A stretch of 62,771 bases of DNA, from the NCBI GenBank assembly GCA_022683945.1, contig JAJHSH010000005.1:1-62771 (forward strand), read 5' to 3'. The notes below the pieces were generated by a model. The model had not been told where the DNA came from. It ran no database searches and saw only the letters and a program-made list of their open reading frames with translations. Of this stretch, positions 46,561 to 56,793 are shown one piece after another (position 1 is the stretch's first letter; each line of letters starts with the position of its first letter). This DNA is from Candidatus Acetothermia bacterium. GTDB taxonomy: Bacteria > Bipolaricaulota > Bipolaricaulia > RBG-16-55-9 > DRXL01. The position numbers and the translations under genes were made by a program.

Positions 46561-49500
46561 ATGCATCCAAACAAGCTTTTCATACTCTGTTTGGCGATTT
46601 ATCTTATGACCGGGGTCACGGCTGTGGCACAATCTTGGGAGTCTTGGCTTCAGGCCAAATCTTCAGAACACCCCAAGATCTCCAAGGCGCTCCAGAGCTT
46701 CTTGGGCGAATCCCACACAGAGAGAGATTCATTTGCGCTCGAACTCACTCGGTACGTTCCACTCTATGATTTCTACCGCCAAGGGGATCGCGTTCGGGTC
46801 GTCATCGAGCTTGACTCCGATAAAGCGCGCTCACAGATTGTGAACACCATCAGAGAGCACGGTGGTGAGATTGAGCTTTTTCAAGGCGCTCAAATCCAAG
46901 CCATCCTCCCTGCAACGCGACTGACGCAGATAGCTGATTTAGATGAAGTGCAGTTCATTCGGCCTCCCGTGCGCCCCAGTCTCGACCAAGGGACGATTAT
47001 CAGTGAGGGGCGCAGGCTCATCGGAGCCCCGACTTGGAACGCCGCCGGAATAGACGGACGCAACACGAAGATCGGCATCATCGATCCAGGTTTTTATCGG
47101 TATGAAACGCTCTTGGGACGAGAGCTGCCCCCGCGCGAGCGCGTGACAGCACGCTCGTTTCGCAGAGATCGCCAGATGTCCGATCCTGAAGTGGAGAGCA
47201 ATCACGGCGTCGCGGTGGCCGAGATCGTTCACGATGTAGCTGCAGGAGCGCATTTAAATCTTGCTGCTTTTGATACGGACGTGGAATTCCGTCAAGCCAT
47301 TGACTGGATGATCGAAGAGAAAGTGAATATTATTAATACTTCGTTGGGATTTCCTTCGGGGTGTTTTCGCGGTGATGGTCTCTTCGAGCCGCAGATTAAG
47401 AAAGCCCACGACGCCGGCATCACCTGGGTGACCAGCGCGGGCAATCGCGGCCAACGCCATTGGGAGGGAACGTTCACCGACAGAAATAACAATAACACTC
47501 ATGAGTTTCCAGATTCCGATGAGGCCCTGACGCTGGAGGTCGAATTCGTCAAATTAGAAGAGCTGGGCGTAGCCGTTGTGTTGGTCTCGGTGATCTTCAG
47601 TTGGGATGCGCCCTGTACCGGGGCGCGCGACGATTATGATGTCTTTCTCTTTCCCGAATCGCAGCCGCAGTCGCGCTTTCGTGGGGATTGGCTCTGGCGC
47701 CCCGGCATCCCTGTGAAAGCCGCGGGAATTGTGGGCATCATCCGTGACCCAAGAGCCGCGGGCCAGCGCGACCGCATCGGCGTGCAGATCGTGCGCAAGC
47801 GCAGCGACGCCCCCGCAGCCAAGCTCGATCTGGTCGTTCAAGCATGTTTGGAGTGCCGCCGGATCGAATATCTTGTGCCGCAGGGAAGTGTCTCTATCTT
47901 TGAGCCTGCGATCTCTCCCCACGCTCTCAGCGCTGGAGCCTTCCATCAGAGCGCGGAGCGTTGTCCGCGCGCCCTCTGCCCGGAATCTAATCTGTTGGCC
48001 TACAGCAGCCGCGGGCCGACCAAGGACGGACGGGTCAAGCCCGATCTGATCGCCCCTTCGCATGTCTCAACTTCTAGCTTTGGGCGTTACACCGGCGACG
48101 GGCCGGGACAGAATTCCGGCTTTGATGGGACATCGGCTTCAGCTCCTCACGTCGCCGGAGCTGCCGCTCTGATCAAGCAGCTTTTCCCTCATTTCACTCC
48201 CAAGGAGATTCAGAGCTTCTTAGAGAGCAGAGCTGAGGATCGTGGTCGTCGCGGCAAGGACAACGATTGGGGCGCAGGCCAGTTGGTTCTGGGAGAAGTG
48301 GTCATCGTGCCGTTGACCCCGACTGATCTGATCGCCCGCGGCCTGAGTCCTACACAGATCCAGCTCTCGTGGCAGGACCGCTCCGACAATGAAGAGGGCT
48401 TCGCCATCGAGCGTCGCTTTGCCAAAGACTCTGAGTACGAAGAGATCGCGCGCGTTAACGCGAACGTCACGAACTTCATTGATGAGGTCTCACTGCCGGA
48501 GACGCCCTATTGCTATCGTCTGCGGGCCTTCACGCGCAGCGGCCAGTCCAGCTATACAAATGAATCGTGCGCAGCGACTCTTGCCGAGTCCCTTGAACCT
48601 CTGGTACAAGAGTTCTCGGCCCAGATGCAGAAAGACATCTTCGGATGGGCTGAGTTGCCCATCGAGATACGACAAGCGCTGCCTGCGGGAGTAACTTTCC
48701 GTGAACTCCCCAGCACATCTCTAAGAGGACGCACCAGCCAATCTTTACAAGATCTAGGCTTGCAGCTCTCCCCCAGTACGGGCCTGATCTTCGGCAGCCC
48801 CACCCAAACCGGCAGTTTTCAAATCCTGATGAGCGCATCGCTCGATGACCAAGTGCGCACTTTGATCTGGGCACTGCTGAGCATCTCCGAGCCTCCGATG
48901 CTCTATCCAACTATGATGCAAGAGGGCACTCCCCCACAGATCCGATTTATTGATTTCCCCATGCAGATACGCGCCGACGGCAAGCCGGTGCAGGGTTTTA
49001 TCGGCTTTACCGATCCCGATGGCGATCTGGTGCGGGCAGATTTTACAGTTGTGAGCGCCACGGACTTTCAGAGTTTTCAGCTCGATCTCGATCTGAGGGG
49101 ACGCCGCGAGGGCGCTTTCCCGTTCGAGATCAGAACGTCTCTGGCGCAGCGCGTGACCCTGCGGGTTCAGCTGACCGACGAGGGCGGACGTACCAGCGCG
49201 CCTCGCGAGTTCTCGTTCGAAGCGGTGGCCACTCCAATCTTGCGTGTCAGCCCGGAGCGCCTCTCTCAGAGTGGTCTGGCAGGCGTGGGAGAACTGCCCC
49301 CGCTGACGCTTGAGGTGCGCAACGAAGGCGGCGGCATTCTCCAATGGACAGCGCGCACGGATCTCCCTGGGTTGCAGCTTAGCCCCACGGAGGGCCGAGC
49401 CGGCCCTGGCGAGCGCCAGAATCTCGCTGTGCAAATCAATCATAAATCTCTTAAACCCGGACGTTACCGTGGACTGATCATGATTCGCGCGACGGGGGCG

Positions 49501-50601
49501 CAAAACAGCCCGCAATGGGTCTCTTTTCTTTTAGAACTCAAACCCGCCGGAGGAACGCTGATCTGGAAGACCCAGATTGGTGCGACTTCGGCCAGCCCCT
49601 CTCTCACCCCCGACGGCGCGCTCTATATCCCCGTAGGGAGATTGCTCCATGCTCTGCGCTCGGATGGCCAAGTGAGATGGACGTTTCAAGCGAGCGAATC
49701 CATCGCGGCCTCGGCGGTCACTATAGCGTCCGATGGAACGATCTATGTTGGCGCAGACGACGGTTTCTTATACGCGCTTTCTTCCGAAGGCAAAGAGAAA
49801 TGGCGTTTTGCCGTAGGGGGAATACCGGTGCGCGGCGGCCCGGCCCTAGGGACCGACGGCACCATTTACTTGGGAACGGGCAGCGATCCCTTTGAAACAA
49901 CGCGCATCTATGCGCTAACCCCCGAAGGCACTTCAAAGTTCGCCCCGATGGAAATGCCCGGAGGCGTTATAGCAGGCCCGGCTATTGCCCCTGACGGGAC
50001 GATCTACGTCGGCTCACTCGAAGGACAACTCTGGGCCTTGCATCCAACAAACTGGAGTCGCAAGTGGCGTTTTCGCATCGGGGACGAGATTCACAGCTCT
50101 CCGGCGCTGGGGCCAGACGGGACTATCTATCTCGGTGCCCGCAACGGGTTTATGTATGTTTTGGCTCCTGACGGCCAAGAACGTTGGCGCTTTAAGACGG
50201 ACAAAGAGATCGTCTCCTCGGCAGCGGTCGCCCCTGACGGGACGATCTATATCAGTTCACTCGATGGCCATCTCTATGCTATCAGTTCGGATGGCCAAGA
50301 ACGTTGGCGCTTCCAGACCGGCGGCCCGATCTACGGCTCACCGGCTCTAGCTGCCGATGGCACCATCTACATTGGTTCGACCGACGGCATCTTTTACGCG
50401 GTCACGCGCGAAGGGCAGCCACGCTGGCAGTTGAAGACCGGAGGAGAGATTCGCTCTTCGCCGCTGATTAACGCCGACGGCACGATCTATTTTGCCTCTC
50501 AAGACGGTTTTCTCTACACGGTGCGCGGCGAAGCAGGACCGGCATCAACTGCTTGGCCCATGCTAAGACAGAATCCGCAGCGGACGGGTCGTGCACCATA
50601 G
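46561..50601 (+). CDS. secreted multidomain S8 subtilase (S8, FN3, Ig-like/BACON-like and PQQ-type beta-propeller)
   Basis: Signal peptide; triad IIDPG/NHGVAVA/GTSASAPHVAG; SSRGPT..GR.KPD; FN3 (LSWQD.S.NE.GF); repeated SPA.A.DGTIY.GS.DG. Confidence 0.88.
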   Translation: MHPNKLFILCLAIYLMTGVTAVAQSWESWLQAKSSEHPKISKALQSFLGESHTERDSFALELTRYVPLYDFYRQGDRVRVVIELDSDKARSQIVNTIREHGGEIELFQGAQIQAILPATRLTQIADLDEVQFIRPPVRPSLDQGTIISEGRRLIGAPTWNAAGIDGRNTKIGIIDPGFYRYETLLGRELPPRERVTARSFRRDRQMSDPEVESNHGVAVAEIVHDVAAGAHLNLAAFDTDVEFRQAIDWMIEEKVNIINTSLGFPSGCFRGDGLFEPQIKKAHDAGITWVTSAGNRGQRHWEGTFTDRNNNNTHEFPDSDEALTLEVEFVKLEELGVAVVLVSVIFSWDAPCTGARDDYDVFLFPESQPQSRFRGDWLWRPGIPVKAAGIVGIIRDPRAAGQRDRIGVQIVRKRSDAPAAKLDLVVQACLECRRIEYLVPQGSVSIFEPAISPHALSAGAFHQSAERCPRALCPESNLLAYSSRGPTKDGRVKPDLIAPSHVSTSSFGRYTGDGPGQNSGFDGTSASAPHVAGAAALIKQLFPHFTPKEIQSFLESRAEDRGRRGKDNDWGAGQLVLGEVVIVPLTPTDLIARGLSPTQIQLSWQDRSDNEEGFAIERRFAKDSEYEEIARVNANVTNFIDEVSLPETPYCYRLRAFTRSGQSSYTNESCAATLAESLEPLVQEFSAQMQKDIFGWAELPIEIRQALPAGVTFRELPSTSLRGRTSQSLQDLGLQLSPSTGLIFGSPTQTGSFQILMSASLDDQVRTLIWALLSISEPPMLYPTMMQEGTPPQIRFIDFPMQIRADGKPVQGFIGFTDPDGDLVRADFTVVSATDFQSFQLDLDLRGRREGAFPFEIRTSLAQRVTLRVQLTDEGGRTSAPREFSFEAVATPILRVSPERLSQSGLAGVGELPPLTLEVRNEGGGILQWTARTDLPGLQLSPTEGRAGPGERQNLAVQINHKSLKPGRYRGLIMIRATGAQNSPQWVSFLLELKPAGGTLIWKTQIGATSASPSLTPDGALYIPVGRLLHALRSDGQVRWTFQASESIAASAVTIASDGTIYVGADDGFLYALSSEGKEKWRFAVGGIPVRGGPALGTDGTIYLGTGSDPFETTRIYALTPEGTSKFAPMEMPGGVIAGPAIAPDGTIYVGSLEGQLWALHPTNWSRKWRFRIGDEIHSSPALGPDGTIYLGARNGFMYVLAPDGQERWRFKTDKEIVSSAAVAPDGTIYISSLDGHLYAISSDGQERWRFQTGGPIYGSPALAADGTIYIGSTDGIFYAVTREGQPRWQLKTGGEIRSSPLINADGTIYFASQDGFLYTVRGEAGPASTAWPMLRQNPQRTGRAP

Positions 50602-50607
50602 ATAGAA

Positions 50608-51726
50608 TTATCTTAGCGCGCGGTCGAGCAAGCTCAGGGCTTCTTCGCGGCGGTCGAGCAGCCGTCGGGGTTTCTTTTTGAGCCCGGCTTGGAGCAGCGC
50701 GTGGACGATGAACGGAAAAACAGATGTGACTTCGGCAAAGAGATACTGAGAGTTCTGCTGAAACTCTGCGGAGACTTTGCCCCACGTGTGGGCCTCTCCA
50801 GCAGTGCAAGAGCTCAGGCTCCCGTTCTGTACATGCGCATCGCAGATCTGCACGTCGCAATCGTAGCCCTCCGTCTCCAGTCCGCAAATTTGCGAGAGAT
50901 ACGGCTCCGGCTGCAAGCTGTAGTTTTTGGGGACGCCGCCGCCAAGAACAATAACGCTGAGCCTCTTCGACCAACGGTTCTTCGCCAACCAATGATACGC
51001 CCCGAATTCGTGTATGTCGGTCTCTATCTCTATTCTGAACTTAAATCTCTCGCCCAACTTGCGCTTGAGATAGGCCACGTTAAGATGGATCGAAGCGTCT
51101 TGGGGCGCGCCGCAGAAGATCGGAACTCGGTGGAGATGCGCTTGGACGGTGAGGCTGTCGGAGTTTTTGGGATCGCGTCCGAAGCGGTCTTTAAGAGCTG
51201 CTGCTGTATAGCGTCCCAAGAGATCATGAAATTCGGGAGTGGTCATGGGGCGCTGAAAGGGTCTTTGCTGAAGTAATTCTTGCACAAAGCTATCCGTGCG
51301 ATAGAGATCGTCTTCGGGGAAGACCAGATCATAAATGCGGGTCAGCCCTTGCTTGCGCAACGCGAGATCGTCGGCGTCGGGGGCGACGGCGAAGAATTCG
51401 CCGTCTATCGCTCTTTGCAGATCGTGATAGATGTTCGCCCCGGTGGTCGTCAGCACGTCAATGAGGCCCGCTTGGATAAGCGGAATTAAGCAAGTCGTGT
51501 GCAGATCAGCCGGTGTCATCGCGCCGGAGAGCGTCAGCACGATCGTGTGATCTTCGGCGATCATGCGACGGATGATCTTATAGGCCGTGGCGATCTCGCG
51601 CCCGACGAAGGCATGAAAGGCGTTCTCTATAAGTTCTTCTGTGGTCTCGCGACCGGTGATGGCGCGCCCGGCGACTTTGGGACCGGGGAGGGGTGAGCGG
51701 CGGCGCGACGTTTGACGACCGGGCAT
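50608..51726 (-). CDS. deoxyhypusine-synthase-like protein (possible homospermidine synthase)
   Basis: SGAMTPA, TTGANIYHD, GGGVPKNY and EAHTWGKV (catalytic Lys motif). Confidence 0.88.
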   Translation of the reverse strand: MPGRQTSRRRSPLPGPKVAGRAITGRETTEELIENAFHAFVGREIATAYKIIRRMIAEDHTIVLTLSGAMTPADLHTTCLIPLIQAGLIDVLTTTGANIYHDLQRAIDGEFFAVAPDADDLALRKQGLTRIYDLVFPEDDLYRTDSFVQELLQQRPFQRPMTTPEFHDLLGRYTAAALKDRFGRDPKNSDSLTVQAHLHRVPIFCGAPQDASIHLNVAYLKRKLGERFKFRIEIETDIHEFGAYHWLAKNRWSKRLSVIVLGGGVPKNYSLQPEPYLSQICGLETEGYDCDVQICDAHVQNGSLSSCTAGEAHTWGKVSAEFQQNSQYLFAEVTSVFPFIVHALLQAGLKKKPRRLLDRREEALSLLDRALR

Positions 51727-51849
51727 AAAAATTATTATATCAGATAGCTCTTTGCATCGCCCAGCCATGAGCGAGATCACGCCGAGCCATGAGCTGTATC
51801 ATGGCGTTCTGACACAATAAATCTATACACTGGCTCAAGAAATGGAGTG

Positions 51850-53829
51850 ATGAACTTTATGGAGAAATCTACACAGACTATTGCAGCGCTGCTGGAGGAG
51901 GAGCGGACGTTTTCCCCGCCGGAAGCGTTCGCGCAACAGGCCCACGCCAAGGATACCAAGATCTATGAACAAGCCGCGAGAAATCGCGAGGCTTTCTGGG
52001 CCGCCGCGGCCAACGAACTCGATTGGTTCCAAAGATGGGATAGAGTCTTGGAATGGAATCCCCCGTGGGCCAAATGGTTTGTAAACGGGAAACTCAACGC
52101 TTCGTATAACTGCATAGACCGACACTTAAAGACGTGGCGGCGCAACAAAGCGGCGCTCATCTGGGAAGGCGAGCCGGGCGACGAGCGCGTGCTCACCTAT
52201 CAAGATTTGCACCGTGAAGTCTCCAAGTTCGCCAATGTTTTAAAGAAGCTGGGCGTCAAGAAGGGGGATCGCGTGGCCATCTACATGCCGATGATCCCAG
52301 AACTCCCCATCGCGACGTTGGCCTGCGCGCGCATCGGTGCAGTTCACAGCGTCGTCTTCGGTGGCTTCTCTGCCGAGGCCCTCAGAGACCGCATCAACGA
52401 CGCGCAGGCGAAGGTGCTCATCACGGCCGACGGCGGCTGGCGACGCGGCCAAGTCGTCCCCCTGAAGAAGAACGCCGATGAAGCTCTCAAAAACACGCCG
52501 TCTATTGAGAGCGTAGTGGTCGTCCGCCGGGTTGGGGAGGCCGCTTCGATCTCCCTGGACAGTCAGGGGCCTCGCCGGGAGTTCTGGTGGCACGACCTGA
52601 TGCGCAACGTTTCTATGGATTGCCCGCCCGAACCGATGGACTCCGAAGATATGCTCTTTATTCTCTATACGTCGGGGACGACGGGCAAGCCCAAGGGCGT
52701 CGTCCACACGACCGGAGGTTACTTAGTTGGCGTCGCTCTCACCCACAAGTGGGTCTTCGACATCAAAGACGAAGACGTCTTCTTCTGCACAGCAGATATT
52801 GGCTGGGTGACCGGGCACAGCTATATGGTCTATGGGCCGCTGGCCAACGGCACGACAACCGTCATGTTCGAAGGCGTGCCCGATTACCCCGATAAAGATC
52901 GCTTCTGGGCTATTGTCGAAAAATATCGCGCGACGATTTTATACACAGCGCCCACGGCGATTCGCACGTTTATGCGCTGGGGCGAAGAGTATCCCAAGAG
53001 ACACGATCTCTCGTCACTGAGGTTGCTGGGGTCGGTGGGCGAGCCGATCAATCCTGAAGCGTGGATCTGGTATCACAGAGTCATCGGCAGCGAGCGCTGC
53101 CCCATTGTAGACACGTGGTGGCAGACCGAGACCGGACATATTCTCATCACGCCGCTGCCCGGAGTTTCTACGCTCAAGCCCGCTTCGGCCAATAAGCCCT
53201 TCCCCGGCATCGAAGCCGAAGTCTTAGATGAAGCCGGTCGCCCTGTGCCGCCGGGCAGCGGAGCAGGGTATCTCGTCATTACGAAGCCCTGGCCGGGAAT
53301 GCTGCGCACTCTGTACAACGACCCCGAACGCTATAAACAAGCCTACTGGAGCAAGTACCCCGGAATTTATCTCACCGGCGACGGCTGCAAGATAGACCAA
53401 GACGGCGACTTCTGGCTTCTCGGGCGCATTGACGACGTGCTGAACGTCTCTGGACACCGAATCAGCACAATGGAAGTCGAGAGCGCTCTGGTAGATCACC
53501 AAGCGGTCGCGGAAGCCGCGGCCATCGGCAAGAATCACGAAGTGAAGGGACAAGCCGTCTCGGCGTTTGTGACGCTGCGAGCGGGCCACAAGCCATCTCC
53601 AGAACTGGCCGATGAACTGAAGAAGCACGTCACTAAAAAGATCGGCGCGATCGCGCGCCCCGATGATATCTTCTTCACGGCGGAGCTGCCCAAGACCCGG
53701 TCGGGAAAGATCATGCGCCGGCTTCTGCGAGACATCGCCGAGGGCCGAGCGCTGGGGGATACGACGACGCTGGCCGACCCCAACGTGATCGCACAATTGA
53801 AGAGCCAGTATGAATCGAGTGAGGGATAG
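51850..53829 (+). CDS. acs: acetyl-CoA synthetase
   Basis: [20 protein letters not shown] and [11 protein letters not shown] motifs. Confidence 0.97.
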   Translation: MNFMEKSTQTIAALLEEERTFSPPEAFAQQAHAKDTKIYEQAARNREAFWAAAANELDWFQRWDRVLEWNPPWAKWFVNGKLNASYNCIDRHLKTWRRNKAALIWEGEPGDERVLTYQDLHREVSKFANVLKKLGVKKGDRVAIYMPMIPELPIATLACARIGAVHSVVFGGFSAEALRDRINDAQAKVLITADGGWRRGQVVPLKKNADEALKNTPSIESVVVVRRVGEAASISLDSQGPRREFWWHDLMRNVSMDCPPEPMDSEDMLFILYTSGTTGKPKGVVHTTGGYLVGVALTHKWVFDIKDEDVFFCTADIGWVTGHSYMVYGPLANGTTTVMFEGVPDYPDKDRFWAIVEKYRATILYTAPTAIRTFMRWGEEYPKRHDLSSLRLLGSVGEPINPEAWIWYHRVIGSERCPIVDTWWQTETGHILITPLPGVSTLKPASANKPFPGIEAEVLDEAGRPVPPGSGAGYLVITKPWPGMLRTLYNDPERYKQAYWSKYPGIYLTGDGCKIDQDGDFWLLGRIDDVLNVSGHRISTMEVESALVDHQAVAEAAAIGKNHEVKGQAVSAFVTLRAGHKPSPELADELKKHVTKKIGAIARPDDIFFTAELPKTRSGKIMRRLLRDIAEGRALGDTTTLADPNVIAQLKSQYESSEG

Positions 53830-53865
53830 AATCTCAAGTCTCTCTTCTCCAATGCGGGAAGGGGG

Positions 53866-53915
53866 ACCCTCACCCTGCACCCTCTCCCTTCAAGGGAGAG
53901 GGATGGGGTGAGGGT
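53866..53915. repeat. family A palindromic element
   Basis: ACCCTCACCCTGCACCCTCTCCCTT-C-AAGGGAGAGGGATGGGGTGAGGGT. Confidence 0.85.
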
Positions 53916-53938
53916 TGGAGATATAGAAAGAGAACTCT

Positions 53939-55192
53939 ATGAAAACTTCTCTCAATGCGACAGTCGTTAGCGTACAAGAAGAACGCTTGCCCAATCGCTG
54001 GCTCTTCGTCGTCGCAGCGGTCTTGATGCAATTAGGGTTAGGCAACGTCTACGCCTGGAGCATCTTCAGAAATCCCCTGATGAGCTTGCACGGCTGGACC
54101 ATTCAAGAAGCAACGATGCCCTTCACCCTCTGCGTCGTCTTCTTCGCCGTAGGGATGATCGTCGCCGGGCGCTGGCAGGATCGCGTCGGGCCGCGCATCG
54201 TAGCAGTGACCGGGGGAATTCTCTTGAGCGCGGGTTTTCTCTTAGCCAGCCAACTGGGACAGACTCTGCTGGGACTTTATCTCACTTATGGGGTTCTGGT
54301 CGGGCTGGGCGTCGGCTTTGCCTATGTCACCCCGATTGCGACCTGTGTGAAGTGGTTCCCCGACATGCGGGGGTTTATCACGGGTTTGGCAGTGCTGGGG
54401 TTTGGCGCAGGTTCTCTCATCGTCGCGCCGGTGGGGACGACACTGATCTCGCAGATTGGCGTCTATGGGACCTTGGCGGTCTTCGGCGTGACCTTCGGAC
54501 TTCTTGTCATGCTCACAGGGGCGATGCTGCGCAACCCACCGACCGGCTGGAAGCCCGCGGGCTGGACGCCCCCGGCCAACGGCCCGGGCTCCCAAGAGCA
54601 CAGAGACCATCCGCCCTCGCAGATGGCCAAAACTTTTCAGTTTTATTTGCTATGGGTCGTCTTTCTCTTCTGGGCCGGTGTAGGTCTGATGGTGATCTCA
54701 CAAGCCGTCCCGATGGGCCAAGAGCTCGCGGATCTGAGCGCGCCGGTTGCTGCGGGAGCCTTGGGCGTGATGTCCATTCTCAATGGCTTGGGACGACCGG
54801 CTTTTGGGTTTGTCTCTGATAAGATCGGTCGAATCGGAGCGACACTCTTAGCCCAAGCGGTCTTCATCGTGACGCTGCTCTTGGTTCTCCCCAACGCGCG
54901 GGATTTTGCGCTCTATACGCTGGGGATCAGTCTGATCGGCTTTGCCTATGGCGGAAGTCTATCGGTCTTGCCGGCGTTCATCGCGGACTATTACGGGACA
55001 AAGCACTTGGGCATCAATTACGGCTGGGTCTTCTCAGCGTGGGGTGCGGCGGGCGTTCTGGGGCCGATTATCGGAGCGCAGGTGCGCGCGGCCACAGGAG
55101 CCTGGGGCGGGGCTTTTATGGTGCTCGCCATCTTGAGCGCCGTTGCGGCTCTTTTGATCTTGATCGCCAAGCCGCCCCGAAGCAGAGGCTAG
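53939..55192 (+). CDS. MFS transporter, OFA (OxlT/YhjX-like) family
   Basis: YAWSIF, DRVGPR, KWFPD.RG...G, NGLGR..FG..SD.IGR and YYG.KH.G.NYG motifs. Confidence 0.9.
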   Translation: MKTSLNATVVSVQEERLPNRWLFVVAAVLMQLGLGNVYAWSIFRNPLMSLHGWTIQEATMPFTLCVVFFAVGMIVAGRWQDRVGPRIVAVTGGILLSAGFLLASQLGQTLLGLYLTYGVLVGLGVGFAYVTPIATCVKWFPDMRGFITGLAVLGFGAGSLIVAPVGTTLISQIGVYGTLAVFGVTFGLLVMLTGAMLRNPPTGWKPAGWTPPANGPGSQEHRDHPPSQMAKTFQFYLLWVVFLFWAGVGLMVISQAVPMGQELADLSAPVAAGALGVMSILNGLGRPAFGFVSDKIGRIGATLLAQAVFIVTLLLVLPNARDFALYTLGISLIGFAYGGSLSVLPAFIADYYGTKHLGINYGWVFSAWGAAGVLGPIIGAQVRAATGAWGGAFMVLAILSAVAALLILIAKPPRSRG

Positions 55193-55197
55193 AAAGA

Positions 55198-55872
55198 TCA
55201 CGGCTCCCAGCCGTTGGTGTTCTGTGCATCGAGCACGTTGATCTTCTTCTCTTTGAGGTCTTTGACGATCTTGCGCCAATCGTAGGTGTCAATCTTGAGG
55301 ACGACGACGGCGTGACCCGGCGTCGTGCGACACTCTTCGCAGGTGACGATGCTCAGCACATTGGCTTCGTACTCGCGAAGGACTTCCAATGCTTCAGCGA
55401 GAGCACCGGGGCGGTCTTCCAGCTCCACCGTGATCCGCGTGCCCTTTTTGTAAACTCCAAGCAGTTCTAAGAGAATCTTAAAAACATCGGATTCGGTGAT
55501 GATGCCCACCAACTGATGACCCTCGACGACGGGCAGGCCGCCGACTTTGTGCTTGCGCATGAGCAGAGCCGCTCGCTCGATAGGATCGTTCGGACTGACC
55601 GTAATCAAATCTTCGGCTTTGACCATGATCTGTCCCACGGTCGTTCGCGCCAGAAGATAGTTCAGCTCCCAGATGCTGAGCGTCGTGGCATCCGACGGTC
55701 CGGCTTCTTGGATGTCGTTCTTGGTGACGATCCCCATCAGCTTGCCGCGCTTGTTCACCACGGGCAGCCGACGCACAGAGTGGCGCTTCATCATCTCTTG
55801 GGCTTCGAGAATGGGCGTCTCCGGGGGCACGGTCACCAGATCGGCAGTCATCCACATCCGCACGAACATCAC
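55198..55872 (-). CDS. AcuB-like CBS-pair plus ACT protein
   Basis: Two CBS domains (RLPVV, GIITESD), SDATTLSIWELNYLL and ACT (DRPGAL). Confidence 0.88.
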   Translation of the reverse strand: MMFVRMWMTADLVTVPPETPILEAQEMMKRHSVRRLPVVNKRGKLMGIVTKNDIQEAGPSDATTLSIWELNYLLARTTVGQIMVKAEDLITVSPNDPIERAALLMRKHKVGGLPVVEGHQLVGIITESDVFKILLELLGVYKKGTRITVELEDRPGALAEALEVLREYEANVLSIVTCEECRTTPGHAVVVLKIDTYDWRKIVKDLKEKKINVLDAQNTNGWEP

Positions 55873-55897
55873 TCATCGTCCTCCTATTAGATTCACG

Positions 55898-56608
55898 TTA
55901 GAAGCGCTTGGGTGCAGGCGGAAGATCAGAGTGCAAATAGTTCTTTATAAGGCTCGACGGCAGCCGCCAGTCTTTGGGAACTCCTCCGTGAACGATATGC
56001 GCTTGGGTGTAGACTCCTCCGGCGAAGAGCAAGCGCGCGACAAACGTCGCGCAGTTGAAGCCCAAGAGACTATACGGCACGGCTTCGCCATACCATGCCT
56101 TGCGCCCGGGTCTGGTCAAGACGGGATCGGGATGGAGCTGCGCAATATAGTCAGTGAGCGTCCGGAGAATGCGCTGAGCTTGTTCTGTGCTGATGCGAAT
56201 GATCAGCTTCAGATCAGGGCTAGAGAGAAAGCGCTCACGGGTCATCCCCGGCTCACGCAAAATATCCCATTCGATGATGCTGCCCGCCTGAGTCGTGAAG
56301 AGCAATCTTAGATAGTACAAGAGTCGCTCCAGCCCTTGATAGTTTTCCGGATTGACATATTGCTTGCGATAGTGTTCTGCTGCTCCAAAGGCGTAGACTT
56401 TGATCCCCGGCGGCTCTCTCTCGAAGTCGTCCATGCCCAGAGCGACGTGCCAGAATCCGCCGATCAGATATAAATTGACGCCCGATTCTTCCCACGCCCC
56501 CATGACCCGCACAAAATAGAGATTGACCGAAGACCCCATCGTCAAGACAAACAGGGCCGTCAGCAGCAAAACCCGTTTGAGCTGGGCTCGGCGATCTGGC
56601 TGCTTCAT
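55898..56608 (-). CDS. exported/membrane protein, putative permuted papain-like (NlpC/P60-related) enzyme
   Basis: Hydrophobic N-terminus; GFWHVALG His followed later by YSLLGFNCATFV Cys. Confidence 0.55.
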   Translation of the reverse strand: MKQPDRRAQLKRVLLLTALFVLTMGSSVNLYFVRVMGAWEESGVNLYLIGGFWHVALGMDDFEREPPGIKVYAFGAAEHYRKQYVNPENYQGLERLLYYLRLLFTTQAGSIIEWDILREPGMTRERFLSSPDLKLIIRISTEQAQRILRTLTDYIAQLHPDPVLTRPGRKAWYGEAVPYSLLGFNCATFVARLLFAGGVYTQAHIVHGGVPKDWRLPSSLIKNYLHSDLPPAPKRF

Positions 56609-56692
56609 AAGTCAGTCTTATTATACAGCATAACGAGCGAGGGTCGTCAAAAAGTTGCGCGGCTTGATGCCTCGGCACAGGAGAGAATCGGT

Positions 56693-56767
56693 CACCGGAT
56701 GCTTCAGCATCCGGCTCAGCAGATGAAAGCCCGCTCAAGCGGGCTGTGAGCGTGCTTGAGCACGCTT
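56693..56767. repeat. family B-related multi-hairpin element
   Basis: GGATGC-TTCA-GCATCC, AGCCCGC-TCAA-GCGGGCT and AGCGTGC-TTGA-GCACGCT hairpins. Confidence 0.8.
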
Positions 56768-56793
56768 CCATGCTCATCCGTTGACCGATAACT

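Noticed and set aside
4111-53915. Palindromic repeats as a CRISPR array
   Set aside because: They are dispersed rather than regularly spaced with unique spacers, and there are no cas genes.
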